Of a DNA stretch of 64,000 nt, positions 40,420 through 52,017 are shown piece after piece. The notes below the pieces were generated by a model. That model saw only the letters and a program-made list of their open reading frames with translations, did no database searches and was not told the DNA's origin. This stretch comes from Chrysomallon squamiferum (lineage: Eukaryota > Animalia > Mollusca). Made by a program: the position numbers and the translations under genes. The stretch is taken from NCBI GenBank assembly GCA_012295275.1, contig CM022672.1:16678001-16742000 (forward strand), written 5' to 3'. The first letter of the stretch is position 1. Every line of letters begins with the position of its first letter.

Positions 40420-43400
40420 TTATTATTATTCTTTTCTTCTAGGAAATCCATAGCAAATTTGGCACTTTCAACATCAGAGTGGCTCTACATAGCCATTGTT
40501 TATAACACTGGAGACAGGACAGTAGTTGTGTATAAAAATGGCATAAAAGAAAATTCCTGGTCTATTCCATCTGATGTATCACCTGGTTTCATTTCTGGTT
40601 CAAAGCTTGAAGTGGAATTAGTCACAACAAATGGTATAAAACTAATTAACAACTGGTGTAGAAGAAATACAAAATAAAATGAAGCTGGTATTATAAAAAA
40701 ATAATAATAATAATAATTAAAATAAAATGAAAAAAATAAGTGAAAAGGGAAATTGAAAGTGACGTGAAATAAAAAATTAAAATAAGATAATAACAACAAT
40801 AATGAAGTTTACAAAAGCATAAAACTAATTACAATAGAAATATGCACAATTAAATAAATAATTTTTTCCTTCATTTTACAGCTATCACTGTGAGATCTGT
40901 GTTTGTAACCCCAACTGCACTATCTGCTGGTGAAGCTGAGACTCTGTCCAAATCATGTGCAAGCAAACCAAGTAACAGTATTATTTCAGTCAGCGACCTG
41001 ACAACTGCAGATTCACAACAAAGAGTTCATCTCACAATGCCAACAACATGTGACGGTAAGCCAACAAAATTAATATCAGTTATTAGCTGTAGATCTCTGA
41101 ATAGGGAAGATTTCTTACTGTGACTCCATTTCCTAAGTTAATATTGTTTATTGCTGATAAACTATTATACAAATACAGCTGTTTCATTGTTCACTCTGAC
41201 TGACTCTATATTCAACAAATGGCAGAAGTTTTCATTTAATAAGGATGGTCCATTTCATACTTTCTATATATCCATCTGAAATCTAACATTACTGTTTAGA
41301 TAAGAGATGTTAAGATCTTTACTGGAGAAGGGACTTGTTATAAATATAATCTGCATATGAAACAGTAAAAAATATGAAAAATTTAATTATTACCTAAAGA
41401 AGGCATGAATTTTTATTGAATAACATTACCAAAAAAATAATTATATGCATATTTCCATGAATGTACATGTTAATTTTATTAATTATAAAACTGATAAAAA
41501 AAGATGAAAATTTATATAATATTAGATTTTGCTTAATGTCATAATTTTGAACAGTAAAGTGATATGTTGATTATAAAAAATAGAATTTACCAATATTTAC
41601 AAATAATAGGTTTCAGAATATAATTATGAGATATCACCCATAATAGAAAATGTAAAAAAAAAAAAAAAAAAAAAAAAGAACGAAAGAAGAAATTCTGGTT
41701 TTTTATTTTATTTTATATTATTTTTAAAATGGCAAAGTAAAACACAAAACCAAAGCATGTTAAAAACTATTGTATTCATTATTAACTTTTTTAACAGCTG
41801 TGAATGAATGTCTACAAAACTCGTTATGCAATGGGCACACCTGTATAAATTTGCCAGGTAGCTACATGTGTCAATGTCAAAATGGATATTCTGGTTCAAA
41901 CTGCACCATACCTCCTGATTACTGTTTGAATCATCAATGCATGAATGGTGTTTGCAACAATGGACAGAACAATTATACTTGTCTCTGTTTTGATGGATAC
42001 AAAGGTCACTTCTGTGATGAAGTAATAGGTAAATAATGTTTCTTCCATTTCACAGTTAATAAGTATTTGTTTCCAAAAGTGATTATCTTACAATAAATGA
42101 TAAATGTTATAACATGTAAATACTGAATATTGTATTGAAATGTGTTATTGTAAACTGTAAATGCTCAAGTATTACACTACATGGTGAAAGTTATTATTAA
42201 TATATTAAAGTAAATAGTATTATTATTAATGTGTTACAGTAAATGGTGAAAGTTATTGTTAATGTGTTACAGTAAATGGTGAAAGTTATTGTTAATGTGT
42301 TACAGTAAATGGTGAAAGTTTTTATCAACTGTGTTACAGTACATGGTGAAAGTTGTTATTAATATGTTACAGCAAATGGTGAAAGTTTTTAATGTGTTAC
42401 AGTAAACTGCGAAAGTTATTATTAATGTTTTATAGTAAATGGTGAAGGTTATTATTAATGTGTTACAGTAAATGGTGGATGGTCAAACTGGACTGGCTGG
42501 GACCAGTGTTCTCAGACTTGCGGAGGAGGAATTCAGAAAAGAACCAGACGCTGTGATAATCCTGCTCCAACACAACCAGAAGGAAAAAACTGCACTGGGT
42601 CAGCTTCTGAGATGAGAGCCTGCAACACAGAAAAATGTCCTGGTATGTAAACGTAATACACTGTATTTTCAGTAATACTTAGATTTGTATAGTCAAACAT
42701 TTGTATCACATAATATTGTTTGTAGATTTGTATTATCAAATGCTAATGTTTGTATTCACATGTGATATTACAAATTTTACTGAATGTTTTTCTAACAAAC
42801 CCTATAAGTTATTTATAAATTTTGGCTGCAGGATTGTTGAACTCTGTGGCAATCATTGTTTGTTATTTTGACCTGTAATATTTTTTTCTTGTTTCAGTCT
42901 GCCTTGCTAGTGATGTGAGAAGAGGTATAGGGTCTTATGTCAGCTGTAATGGGACAGATGTGGCTCTAGACTGTGTTCCACAGTGCAAAGACAAAAGCCA
43001 AGTGGTAGATGGTGGTATGAGAGATAATATTCTTGTCTCTTGTCGAAATGGTGTTTGGGATTCAAAGAGACCAAAAGTGGCATCATGCACAAGTAAAACT
43101 GTTTTTTAAAATGTTTATTGATATTTTCAAATCAAATGTAGAAATTTAAAATAGTGATATTATTTTAATGCTAGCTGATGATTTTGTTTTAGATGCCAAT
43201 AAACTGCATAATTTAATTGTATCTTGTCAAAATGCTGTTTATAATTAGAATAGATCAAAACTGGCATCATTCATAACTTTTAAAACATTTATAGATGTTT
43301 TCAGATTTTAGGGAAATTACATGTAGAAATACTACAATAACTGATCTCATTCTTATAGTAGCTGATAATTTGGCTTTTGTTAATTTTAAATATTAACATG

Positions 43401-44158
43401 TCTGACTGGGATGAAAAGTCAATTGTTTATAAATAAAAAGAAATTCTAATGTAGTGTGTAAGTCTATAAATATTTTTTAAAATATATTTTTAACTATGTT
43501 ATACAGTTTATTACTTTTAAACATTAATCACGTTAAGATAAATTGCTTCACAAGTATATAAAATAGTATAAATTATTATAATTTGATATCATATATTTTG
43601 AATGTTTGTTTGTTGTTGTTTTGTTGTTGTTTTTACAAAGATACACCTTTCATTTTCATGTATAAGTACTTTTTTTATTTACATCTTTAATTTTATTCAG
43701 TGTGATTGGACTAAGACAGACATTATAATTACTCAGTACTGAGATTACATTTATTCAAAAAATGACATGTATTATCAGTTTTCAGATATTCAGAATCAGT
43801 ATTCAATTTAATTATTATTTATTAATATTTCAGAAGCAGTGTCTCCTTCCAGACTAACAATATCCACTGTAGCAACATTAAATACAAATGAAGAGTTATC
43901 CTCCCCTATTATAAATGATGTGGAATCATCCATTGATAACAATCTTAGTACAGTGAAGTGCAGGAGTGACACATCATGTCAAATAAATGTTAAAGTTGTA
44001 ACTGACAGCACTAGTCAGAACAGAAAGAGGAAAAGATCAGTTGGCACTGCAGTTACAATCACCATGACATCAGCAATTTCAGATGGTGATCTTCAGCTTG
44101 CAGAACTGATGACTTCAAATACTGGTAAAAATATTTAGTTTAGTTTTTCATCTGCATT

Positions 44159-44202
<44 letters not shown>

Positions 44203-47200
44203 ACAGGGTCCAGCACATAAGAGGTGTTAGCTTTCATGTGCTAACAACCATATTAAATTTCTTTTCTAGGGTTTGTGCCTCTGGTGGACCTGCTGATTGT
44301 GTAATTAAGAAACTGTGACGGTTGATTATAACAGATACATATATTTGCTTACACTACAGATATAAACTACATATAATATCAAGTATCCACTATGAACACC
44401 AAAACAGATAACAATATTTATATTACGAAGATAATTATTTATTTTACACATGTATTCTTATTATTTAGTGGTTGAGGACATGCGAATTGGCATTAAATGA
44501 AATATTGTAATTCTTAATCCTTTTAATTTTCCCTAACAGGTTATGTTAGAAATATATTTAACTCAAAACTCTCTAAAGAGCATATTGAGGTTTCATCAAA
44601 TTGATCAACAAATCAAACAGAGCATACAGAAACGGGATAACCATTTGTCTCTGCTTCTGACTTAAACAAAGATAATGCAAAATATAATTAACTATATAAT
44701 TGGCTAATAATGGCTGCCAACTCCTCGGTCCCACCCATGTTGTTCTCCTCTTTGTTCTGTTTCATCACTGTCTCATTTTTCTTTTGTCTTTTACTTAAAT
44801 AAATATGTCACAGACTTCCCTGAAGGTGACAAAAATTCCTTTTGTCTCTCGCTAATGATTGTTAATTGTTTGGTGATTTCAGTAACTGGATTACTGTTAA
44901 CTAACAGTAGATGTTTAATTAATACATACTGTTAGGAATATTTTTAGAAATGAATTGTTATTATATTTACTTACTTTAATGATGCATACAGGTTAATTAC
45001 GAGATTTTAAACTGTATAATAAGTAACCTATTTAGGTAAATAGTAAATAAGTTACCATCATTTTCAAAAAATTTACCTTAATAGTATTATAATATAAAAT
45101 ATTATAAGTAGGTATAACCTAAATTGCAAACTGTTGTATAATAAATAAGTTATGACCAATCTGCTAAGTTAAAGAAACACAGAAAATAGTACATCTAAAT
45201 ATCGCTGAGAAAACTTTCCACAGCTTGAACGAGGCCCTATTAGGGTATGGTTAAGGGCCCTACTACATAAGATAAAAACACGGTTTACTGTCATAATATA
45301 TTATGTATAATATGTTTATGTATAATCTTTTCATGATACAAACAAAAATGATCTGAATACTTTTGATTGAAAGTCATTCAGAGAAATGTTACAAAAAACT
45401 CTGAAAAAAAGAGAATATTAACTTATTTGCATCATTATCAGTTTATTCTCCTCACAAAACGCACATGCCACAGCTTTTGATAAATATAATCAGCAGATTG
45501 ATCAAGAATAAACCTAATTAGGGGGATTAATTAATCCTTTGACTTATTATTAAGCACATAAGTTGATTTTTTTGTTGTTAATTGCATTTTTCTTTTCTTC
45601 CTTTTTTTATTACTATTTTTATTTTTATGTTTTTATAGATGATATTTTAAGCGATTATAATAAAATAATTATTGCTGTTGATGTCGTTACTGTTGTTATT
45701 ATTATTATTTTTATTATTATTATTATTATTATTACTGCATGTTCCAGTGAGTCCACAGCTACAGCAACTGATTGATCAAATTAATGTACTTGAACAGTCA
45801 GTACAGCAGATACAAAATGACACTTCTGTGTTTGATGTTACTGTTGATGGTGTGCAGTATTCCATTCTGAGAGAAAGCATACAAGTAACACCTGATGTGC
45901 AATGTCCATCTGGAGCTGTGGTCAGAAACTTCCTGTGTGGTAAACCATTTCTTTCTGAATACATACTTCTGTACTTTTGTGAAAATATCAACAAAAAAAA
46001 GAAATTAAACAGATACATATGAAGAAGATAAACACACACATACACACACACACGCTTATTGTTTACTCATTGTTTAAATTAGATACCATTTTATATAATA
46101 TTAACTTTAGATTTTGTTTTCTATTTTAAAACTAATATTAAAGTATTATTTTAGTTTATAAATAACATTATTGTTTACTGAAAGCTTATTACCAAAATTA
46201 AAAAGTTTCTACAGATTTTGAAAAAAAAAAAAAGTATTACTTTAATAGAGAAGTATTATTAAAGATTTCTCCAACACAAAATTTTAAAATTATTTAATAT
46301 TATTTCAGAAACTGTTTTTATCTTTGATTCTTTAAAAGGGACATTTAAGGAAAAAGTACATAATAACCAAAAACTGGGATATTTTATCTTCTAGTGTACT
46401 GTGCCCCAGGCACATATTATGAAAATGGGAAATGCACATTATGTGAAATGGGAAAATATCAGGATGAATCAGGAAAAACAGAGTGTAAGTTGTGTCCAAC
46501 TGGTACAACAACAGAATTCATTGGATCAACAGAGGTGGAAGACTGTTCAGGTACGAATGAAAAAATCGCCACAACCCAACACATTTTAATATCAAAATAT
46601 ATTGGATTCTTACGACTGGAGTTTTGTATAATAATGACATGAAAGAAGACATCAATGTTCACTTATATGAATAACTGAATAAAATTCATATATTGGATAT
46701 AAAACACAACTACAAACATGTTAGTCCACTGAATTTTGATTATCAGTATAAGAGAATTCTAGGAATCAAAAAAATAATTGGTATATTATTTACCACTGCT
46801 TATAATAAATATACTAATTACAGTACCTATCATATTTTCTTTTCCAGAGCCTGTAAAAACCACTACACCTGATGATGATGAAAATCACAATCATGAAAAA
46901 GGTTTGTTTCAGCTGTGTTTTATATTAAGCTAAAATATTATTTTTGGAAACAATGCTTTAAATGAGTTAAAACAATTGAATAATACTTACAATTTATAAT
47001 GTTATTAATAATATATTTTATAATACAGTATTTGAATAGTGTAGTTTCAAAAACATTAGTGTTACTAAATATTATATTTATTTCTGGTTTTGGAAGTATT
47101 TATTTCTTCTCTTTTCTTTTTCATTAAAGAATATTTTTCTTTTTGGAAAGAGATTTCTATCATTCAGCTTTAATGATTAAAATCTATGTTTCATTGTTTA

Positions 47201-48413
47201 AAATTTGGTGAATTTTTTTGTTTGTTTTTTGTGGGGATTTTAACTTTGAAGGTAAAATAATCACTATAATATTAAATGAAAATATTTTTATTATTCTGTT
47301 TCAGTTAATAAGTACCCTATTGGATTTGTGATTGGTGTAACAGTTGCAATAGCAGTCATAATCATATTGGTCATTTTAATATTTATTATCTATCACAAAT
47401 GTTACAGGTAACTTCTAGATATTTCTTTCTTTCATTTTTTTCTCTTTTCTTCTTCTTCTTTCTATTATTATTATTTCCACTACCATTACTATTATCATTA
47501 TTGTAATTTATATTTATTATTATTATTATTTGTTATTGTTGTTCAGTATTCAATTCAAGTCATAGATAATGGAATCATTTCTTTTAATGATGTTGTATCT
47601 TGGATTATCCACACCATTTGCAGAAAAGAATCTTTAGGGCCAACTTTTCTGAATTAGATAAAAGGAGTTAATAGGAGAAATATTTGAATAGTGCAGTGAA
47701 TCTGTGTGTGGAAAGCTGCTTCATAAATACAACATTTCATCAGAATATTGACAAGTTTTGTGGCATTTTGTTTTTGTTTTGTTTTTTTGTGTTTTGTTTT
47801 GTGCTAATAAGAACCTGCTAATAAAACAATATATCATATGAAATAATGTATGAATTAATAATATAGTGGAATATACTTTCAGATCAGGTCACCGACATCA
47901 GACCTCCTATGGGTAAGTTTTTGCTGGAGCAAATATAAATCTTAATTGTTAATCTTTATAAATTCCTTTAATTTGAAATACACAGGATATAGAACACTTG
48001 ATGTACACTTTATTTAGTCTTTATGTAATTTTTATTGGCAAAAAACAAAATGAAACAAATAAAAAATAGGACTCCATTTAGATCTTAGAATTTCTTGGTT
48101 TTAATTTTATAAATGATTTTATTTAAAAAAATGCAATCCATTATTTAACTTTTTAACTGAACTTTTCAACATTTATATAACAGTATTTCCATTTACAACA
48201 GTCAGTATAAACATCATTATATCTATCTCTGTTTATAACAGAACTCAAGATTTACGGCCTGCAAGTCGAGCAAGCCTCAACAAAATTGTCCCAAGTTTTG
48301 AGAACACAGAGTATTTCAAATCAGAAAAGCCAAATTACCATAGATGGGGTGATTCATCACAAGATTTACCACCACCATATGAAATGATCCAGCACAGAAA
48401 AGGTCTACCATGA
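29282..48413 (+). CDS. Gene C: intact SVEP1-like sushi/HYR/GCC/LamG/EGF/TSP1 type-I transmembrane protein, 27 coding exons, 4605 nt, 1534 aa
   Basis: Exons: 29282-29374 (signal peptide MYWLTILGFAYILTVRLCSS), 30062-30236, 30656-30745, 31261-31402, 32018-32145, 32430-32609, 33007-33189, 33654-33905, 34070-34276, 34511-34705, 35718-35947, 36194-36443, 37792-37953, 38973-39134, 40022-40214, 40443-40633, 40882-41055, 41798-42028, 42469-42642, 42898-43092, 43834-44124, 45748-45939, 46395-46550, 46848-46901, 47305-47407 (TM), 47883-47912, 48242-48413 (TGA). All are GT-AG, phases chain without a stop, and the length is divisible by 3. The exon-2 acceptor (aaaag) is weak. Confidence 0.9.
29461..29602 (+). 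mobile_element. Degenerate MetaSINE-like fragment
   Basis: gtcgcaggatcga...ggctatttt...tggtatgtgct...tataaaataactcttgctgct...aaaacagtagcc matches, from memory, the order of motifs in the molluscan MetaSINE core. Confidence 0.5.
30656..30745 (+). CDS. Gene C 90-nt exon: furin site plus hydrophobic fusion-peptide-like segment
   Basis: ctttag|...|gtaaga, phase 1-1, encodes DNMHHREKRFLGWIPVVLFVACVIFCTSGE. Confidence 0.82.
31261..34705 (+). CDS. Gene C HYR-sushi-sushi-HYR-sushi-sushi block (7 exons)
   Basis: YDPPRFTKC...WQEPEY; DTVSPLFTNCP...WHPPKATDNSG...YTATDPTGNKAFC; sushi exons CAWPGWLENG, CPALENP, CKLPKF, CKALTAPKHG. Confidence 0.9.
31425..31925. repeat. Degenerate pentanucleotide satellite (ATATA/ATACA/ATATG)n
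   Basis: Visible 5-bp periodicity over ~500 bp of gene C intron 4. Confidence 0.75.
36455..37740. repeat. Degenerate ~50-bp intronic minisatellite interrupted by the Tigger element
   Basis: The motif aatgtagctactaaaactgaatattctaataaataaatgtaataatt recurs on both sides of 36565-37310. Confidence 0.7.
36565..37310 (-). mobile_element. Non-autonomous Tigger/pogo (Tc1-mariner superfamily) element, internally deleted
   Basis: Imperfect TIRs: (ta)aagtggtaccttggcgtacaagt ... actcgtaagtcaaagtaccactg. The minus strand from 37046 reads MDHKKVRAKDSAEKKKWMISIEIKHEIIEKLEGGEHVVNLVTQ*KCTTFTVCSILKQEELIKAVTP, a CENP-B-type HTH transposase N-terminus. Confidence 0.85.
41798..43092 (+). CDS. Gene C exons: two EGF (41798-42028), TSP1 (42469-42642), sushi-like (42898-43092)
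   Basis: VNECLQNSLCNGHTCINLPGSYMCQC; VNGGWSNWTGWDQCSQTCGGGIQKRTRRCDNPAP. Confidence 0.9.
42170..42477 (+). repeat. 33-bp minisatellite that includes the TSP1-exon splice acceptor
   Basis: Unit ~ttattaatgtgttacagtaaatggtgaaagtta, with AGs at 42238, 42271, 42304, 42338, 42371, 42401, 42434 and 42467. Confidence 0.9.
47305..48413 (+). CDS. Gene C TM exon, 30-nt exon and tail exon (missed by the ORF track)
   Basis: YPIGFVIGVTVAIAVIIILVILIFIIYHKCYR / SGHRHQTSYG / TQDLRPASRASLNKIVPSFENTEYFKSEKPNYHRWGDSSQDLPPPYEMIQHRKGLP*; phase-2 junctions are consistent. Confidence 0.82.
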
Positions 48414-49724
48414 GATCATACACATCATCATATATGAAATCAGTTTCAGTTCAACAACTGGAAATCTATGACATTTATTATCTTTATTAAAACAGTTATT
48501 ACATATAATAATAATACTGCTATTATCATTATTATTATTACTATTATAATTTAATCTGCTTGTTTACATTACTGAATTTGTAAAATAAAAAACAACTGTT
48601 GAATAAAGATTAAAATAAATAATACAAAAATTAGCTGGAGAATTTAAAGTGAAATATTTAAAGAATGTACTATATTTACTGTTAATAAAAAAAATCAAGT
48701 CAACTCATAGTGATATGATACAAATACTTTAAAATCCATATGGATGATGCATTTTACAAAAGTATTGCACTATAAAAGGCAATCTGTTTACTTTTAATAT
48801 CCTTTTTGATGCATTTACATTTCTGTGGCTTATAACAGAATCTATAGTAGACATTTCATGATTATTAAAATCTAGTGGCATTAACTTAAAGTATGTTATA
48901 CATCCCTGAAAAAATAGAAATTCTTTGTATTAAAGGTATCCTAAATCATTACTTTTTTTTAAGAGGATAAAAGATAGTATTCCAGACATAAAAACAAAAT
49001 TGATAATTCATAATAATATGTTTTGTTCAAAAAAAAAAAAAAAAAATGTACAGACTTTTTTAAAATCTAAGCTGGTTAAATTGTGCATGTGTAATCTTCC
49101 AGTTTATGTTGATTCTTACCCATCTTTTGAGGCCAATATTTGCTTTCTCAAACATCTGTATTTTCCCAGTAAACATCTGTTGTCTTTTAATCAAACAAAC
49201 CATCATATTACAAGCAGAGAATGTTTTAAATAACAGAACCTTGTTTACATGGAACAGCAGCATTAGAAGAATAACTGTAATAACTGTACAATTGTTGAAT
49301 AAAAATAATGTAAATAAACAACAAGAAAAAAAGCAATTTAATTGTTTTGATACGGAAAATCTGTGGTTATCAATATGTGGTATAACAAAATGATTATGCC
49401 TAAGCATCACATAGATAAAGACATGGGCAACTTCCTTTATGCCAAGCAGTGAACTATTATTTTCAAACAGATTTTGGTTATTTGTTATGAATATTTATCT
49501 ATTTTCCATAAGAATGACAAAAACATTCAACATTTATTAATTATACAATAATACATTTACTAAGAGATTTAGCTAAAGAAGTAAACAAAAGTAATGTTAA
49601 TGTAACTATGAACACGGAAGGTACGTGAGATAAAAATAAAAACTGATGGGCTGCAAAAACATAATTATTATTTTTTTTTTTTTTTTTTTTTTTTTTAAAT
49701 AAATAATAAACTAAAAAGTAAAAT

Positions 49725-49997
49725 GTTGTTGATCCTCGATTTCACGGACCATTGGAATGGCGGAACATCGGTCCAGAAAATGCAGAAACTTTCTGAGATC
49801 GCGAAAGTAAATATTAATCTTAATTTTTACCGAAACATTAAACTTTAGTATACATAGTTGCTATACAATCAATAATGCAAGAACAATATACGGAAGCGAC
49901 TGTTTCAAGAAGTTCTATCACTTCTAACTTCTGACCGACAGTAACTTGCAGTTTTTTCTTTTCTGACTTCTTCTTAAGTCATAGAAGCCATTGATTG

Positions 49998-50035
<38 letters not shown>

Positions 50036-50262
50036 ATTATAATAAAGAAAAAAATGGAGGAAACAAAATGCTGCCGTTTCACTTACAAATATTTGTAACG
50101 CGTCAACTGCGATTTACCGGACGCTTCACGAGTTATCGTCCGTATATGGGAAATGGCGGTATATTCAAATTTTGTGAATTTGTTGTGATTTGTTCAATAT
50201 TTCCCGAAATCAGAAACACCGAGACCCGTAAAATCAAATGCTCGGTAAACCGGGTTTTTGTA
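49725..50262. mobile_element. Degenerate pogo/Tigger-like MITE
   Basis: Left end gttgatcctcgatttcacggacc and right end cccgtaaaatcaaatgctcggtaaaccgggtttt resemble eroded CAGT..CCTCGATTT..CGGA-type termini. The region is locally richer in CpG. Confidence 0.45.
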
Positions 50263-50680
50263 GGTCATAGAGACTTTTCGACCTTTAAGAAACTCATTGA
50301 GGAGAAGGGATACAAGCCAGAGCAGGTCTTCAAAATGACTTTACGGTACAGTAATACAGTATGGGTAACTATGCTATGCGGTGTTACTGTCCTCCTGTAC
50401 TTACGTTTCTTTCTGATTAAAATATTGTTTCAGTACAAAATTAAAATGTGTTTACATTATCATTACTGCATTAGTGAAATACATAACTGCATGCAATATT
50501 ACTACATTATTACTGTATTAATGAGTAAGAGTGTCTTTAGAAAGTGTTTGGGAAGCATTTAGTACCGTATATAATCTCATAATAGATGTTTTAAAACTGC
50601 ATCCAATATTCGCGGTTTTTCGCTATTCGCGGGGGGGGGGGGTAGAACTTAACCCCCGCGAATAGCGAGGGAATACTGTA
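50263..50680 (+). mobile_element. Tigger/pogo 3' remnant with transposase fragment and terminal inverted repeat
   Basis: FKKLIEEKGYKPEQVFKM resembles the Tigger motif preceding FNxDETG. The end ...cccccgcgaatagcgagggaatactg|TA is a CAGT-type TIR plus TA target, with a subterminal hairpin cgctattcgcggggg...cccccgcgaatagcg at 50621-50667. Confidence 0.78.
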
Positions 50681-50744
50681 CTTTCGTTTCTGTTACACTG
50701 TTATTAATTACATGCAACAACAAAAATCATATACATGAAAATAA

Positions 50745-50959
50745 AACTAGCCGAACAAGAGTTGATGCAAGAAAAAAGAAACATAATTGTCTTATCTCTT
50801 GGAAATTTGTCTGCATAGCATGTGAGTGGTAAAATCAAGCAGATCACACTGGAATCGACAGTGCGATTCGTTTCGAGTAAGATTTGGGCGTTGCTTCTCA
50901 GACGAAATGGACGTTTTGGGTATCGCTTTTATATTGTGGGACAGTTTATACAACAATTG
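50745..50959 (+). pseudogene. Decayed, 5'-truncated remnant of K2P exon A (copy 2)
   Basis: Aligns to ~425-649 at roughly 75-80% identity by eye. It has CAG>TAG at 50816, a ~10-nt deletion, and GAA>TAA at 50878. It still reads KWTFWVSLLYCGTVYTTIG|gt. The TM1-coding part is absent. Confidence 0.85.
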
Positions 50960-51071
50960 GTATTTCTGTTTTGTTTCTTACTCTTTCTCTTCTCTCCATA
51001 TATTAAATGGGATAATTAAGTTAATATAAAGGAATAGTCGGTTCAAAAATTACAACCACCACCACCACCAC

Positions 51072-51114
<43 letters not shown>

Positions 51115-51933
51115 TTGAATGATAATATATTTAAATACCAATAATAACAACAATAAAACAACAACAAAAATGTTTCACTGTGTGGAAAAGAAACAATCTT
51201 TAACTTCTTCTTCTTCTTCTTATTATTATTATTACTGAGAATTTAGTGGGTTTTCTCCTACTTGTTACACACCAACATATTGCCAGTTGCTGTACCGTAA
51301 TTAAAACACTTGCTTTACTGGAAAGGTCCTCCCGTTTTCTGAGATACGGAGAAAGTTTATTAAATAAAATATTACAAATTAAATAAAAATTAATGACAGA
51401 TTGTATATTTCTCCGTTAAAAAAAAAAAAAAAAAAAAAACAACAAAACAAAAAACAAACAAACAGACAGATAAATAAGTAAATAAATAAATAAATGAGAA
51501 AAAAGAGGGATAAATTATGAATGTCATTTATATGCACTATTCCCCAAACGGGAAGATTTATATCACGATCGTTATTTATTGGTCACGAAGCACTAGCTGG
51601 ATCAAGAAACAGCCCCGTGAACTCATAGATACGAGACATTCCAAACGAGACAAATCAGGTACACGATTTTAATTTGAACTTCAACTCGCCCAGTTATTAA
51701 GGAATGTTCTCGTTGGCTAAAATCAAATTTTCTTCTTTTAACGAGTTTTCTGCTACCAGTTTCTTTTTTGTTTACTGAAAATGAAGCCATGTTATAAGAT
51801 AATTTCGATTCTGGAATTTGAGAAGCCGTTGTTTTTAAACATTTACAAACTGAAACCAGACATTTTCAATTAATCAGGAGACACTGTCAAGGAAATGAAA
51901 GAATGTTACATCGAGATTACCAATAATACGTGA

Positions 51934-52017
<84 letters not shown>

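Noticed and set aside
42170-42477. 33-bp repeat array as a CRISPR array
   Set aside because: Units are head-to-tail with no unique spacers, the context is a eukaryotic intron, and there are no cas genes.
44200-45270. Possible inserted element in a gene C intron
   Set aside because: Slightly GC-richer ends next to (TA)n, but no TIR, target duplication or coding signal that I could verify.
4979-48413. Assigning the gene symbol SVEP1 to gene B or C
   Set aside because: No vWA domain, few sushi repeats, and a TM plus tail are present. The similarity is at domain level only.
50068-50562. 164-aa ORF as a gene
   Set aside because: A chance frame across two transposon remnants; only an ~18-aa stretch is transposase-like.
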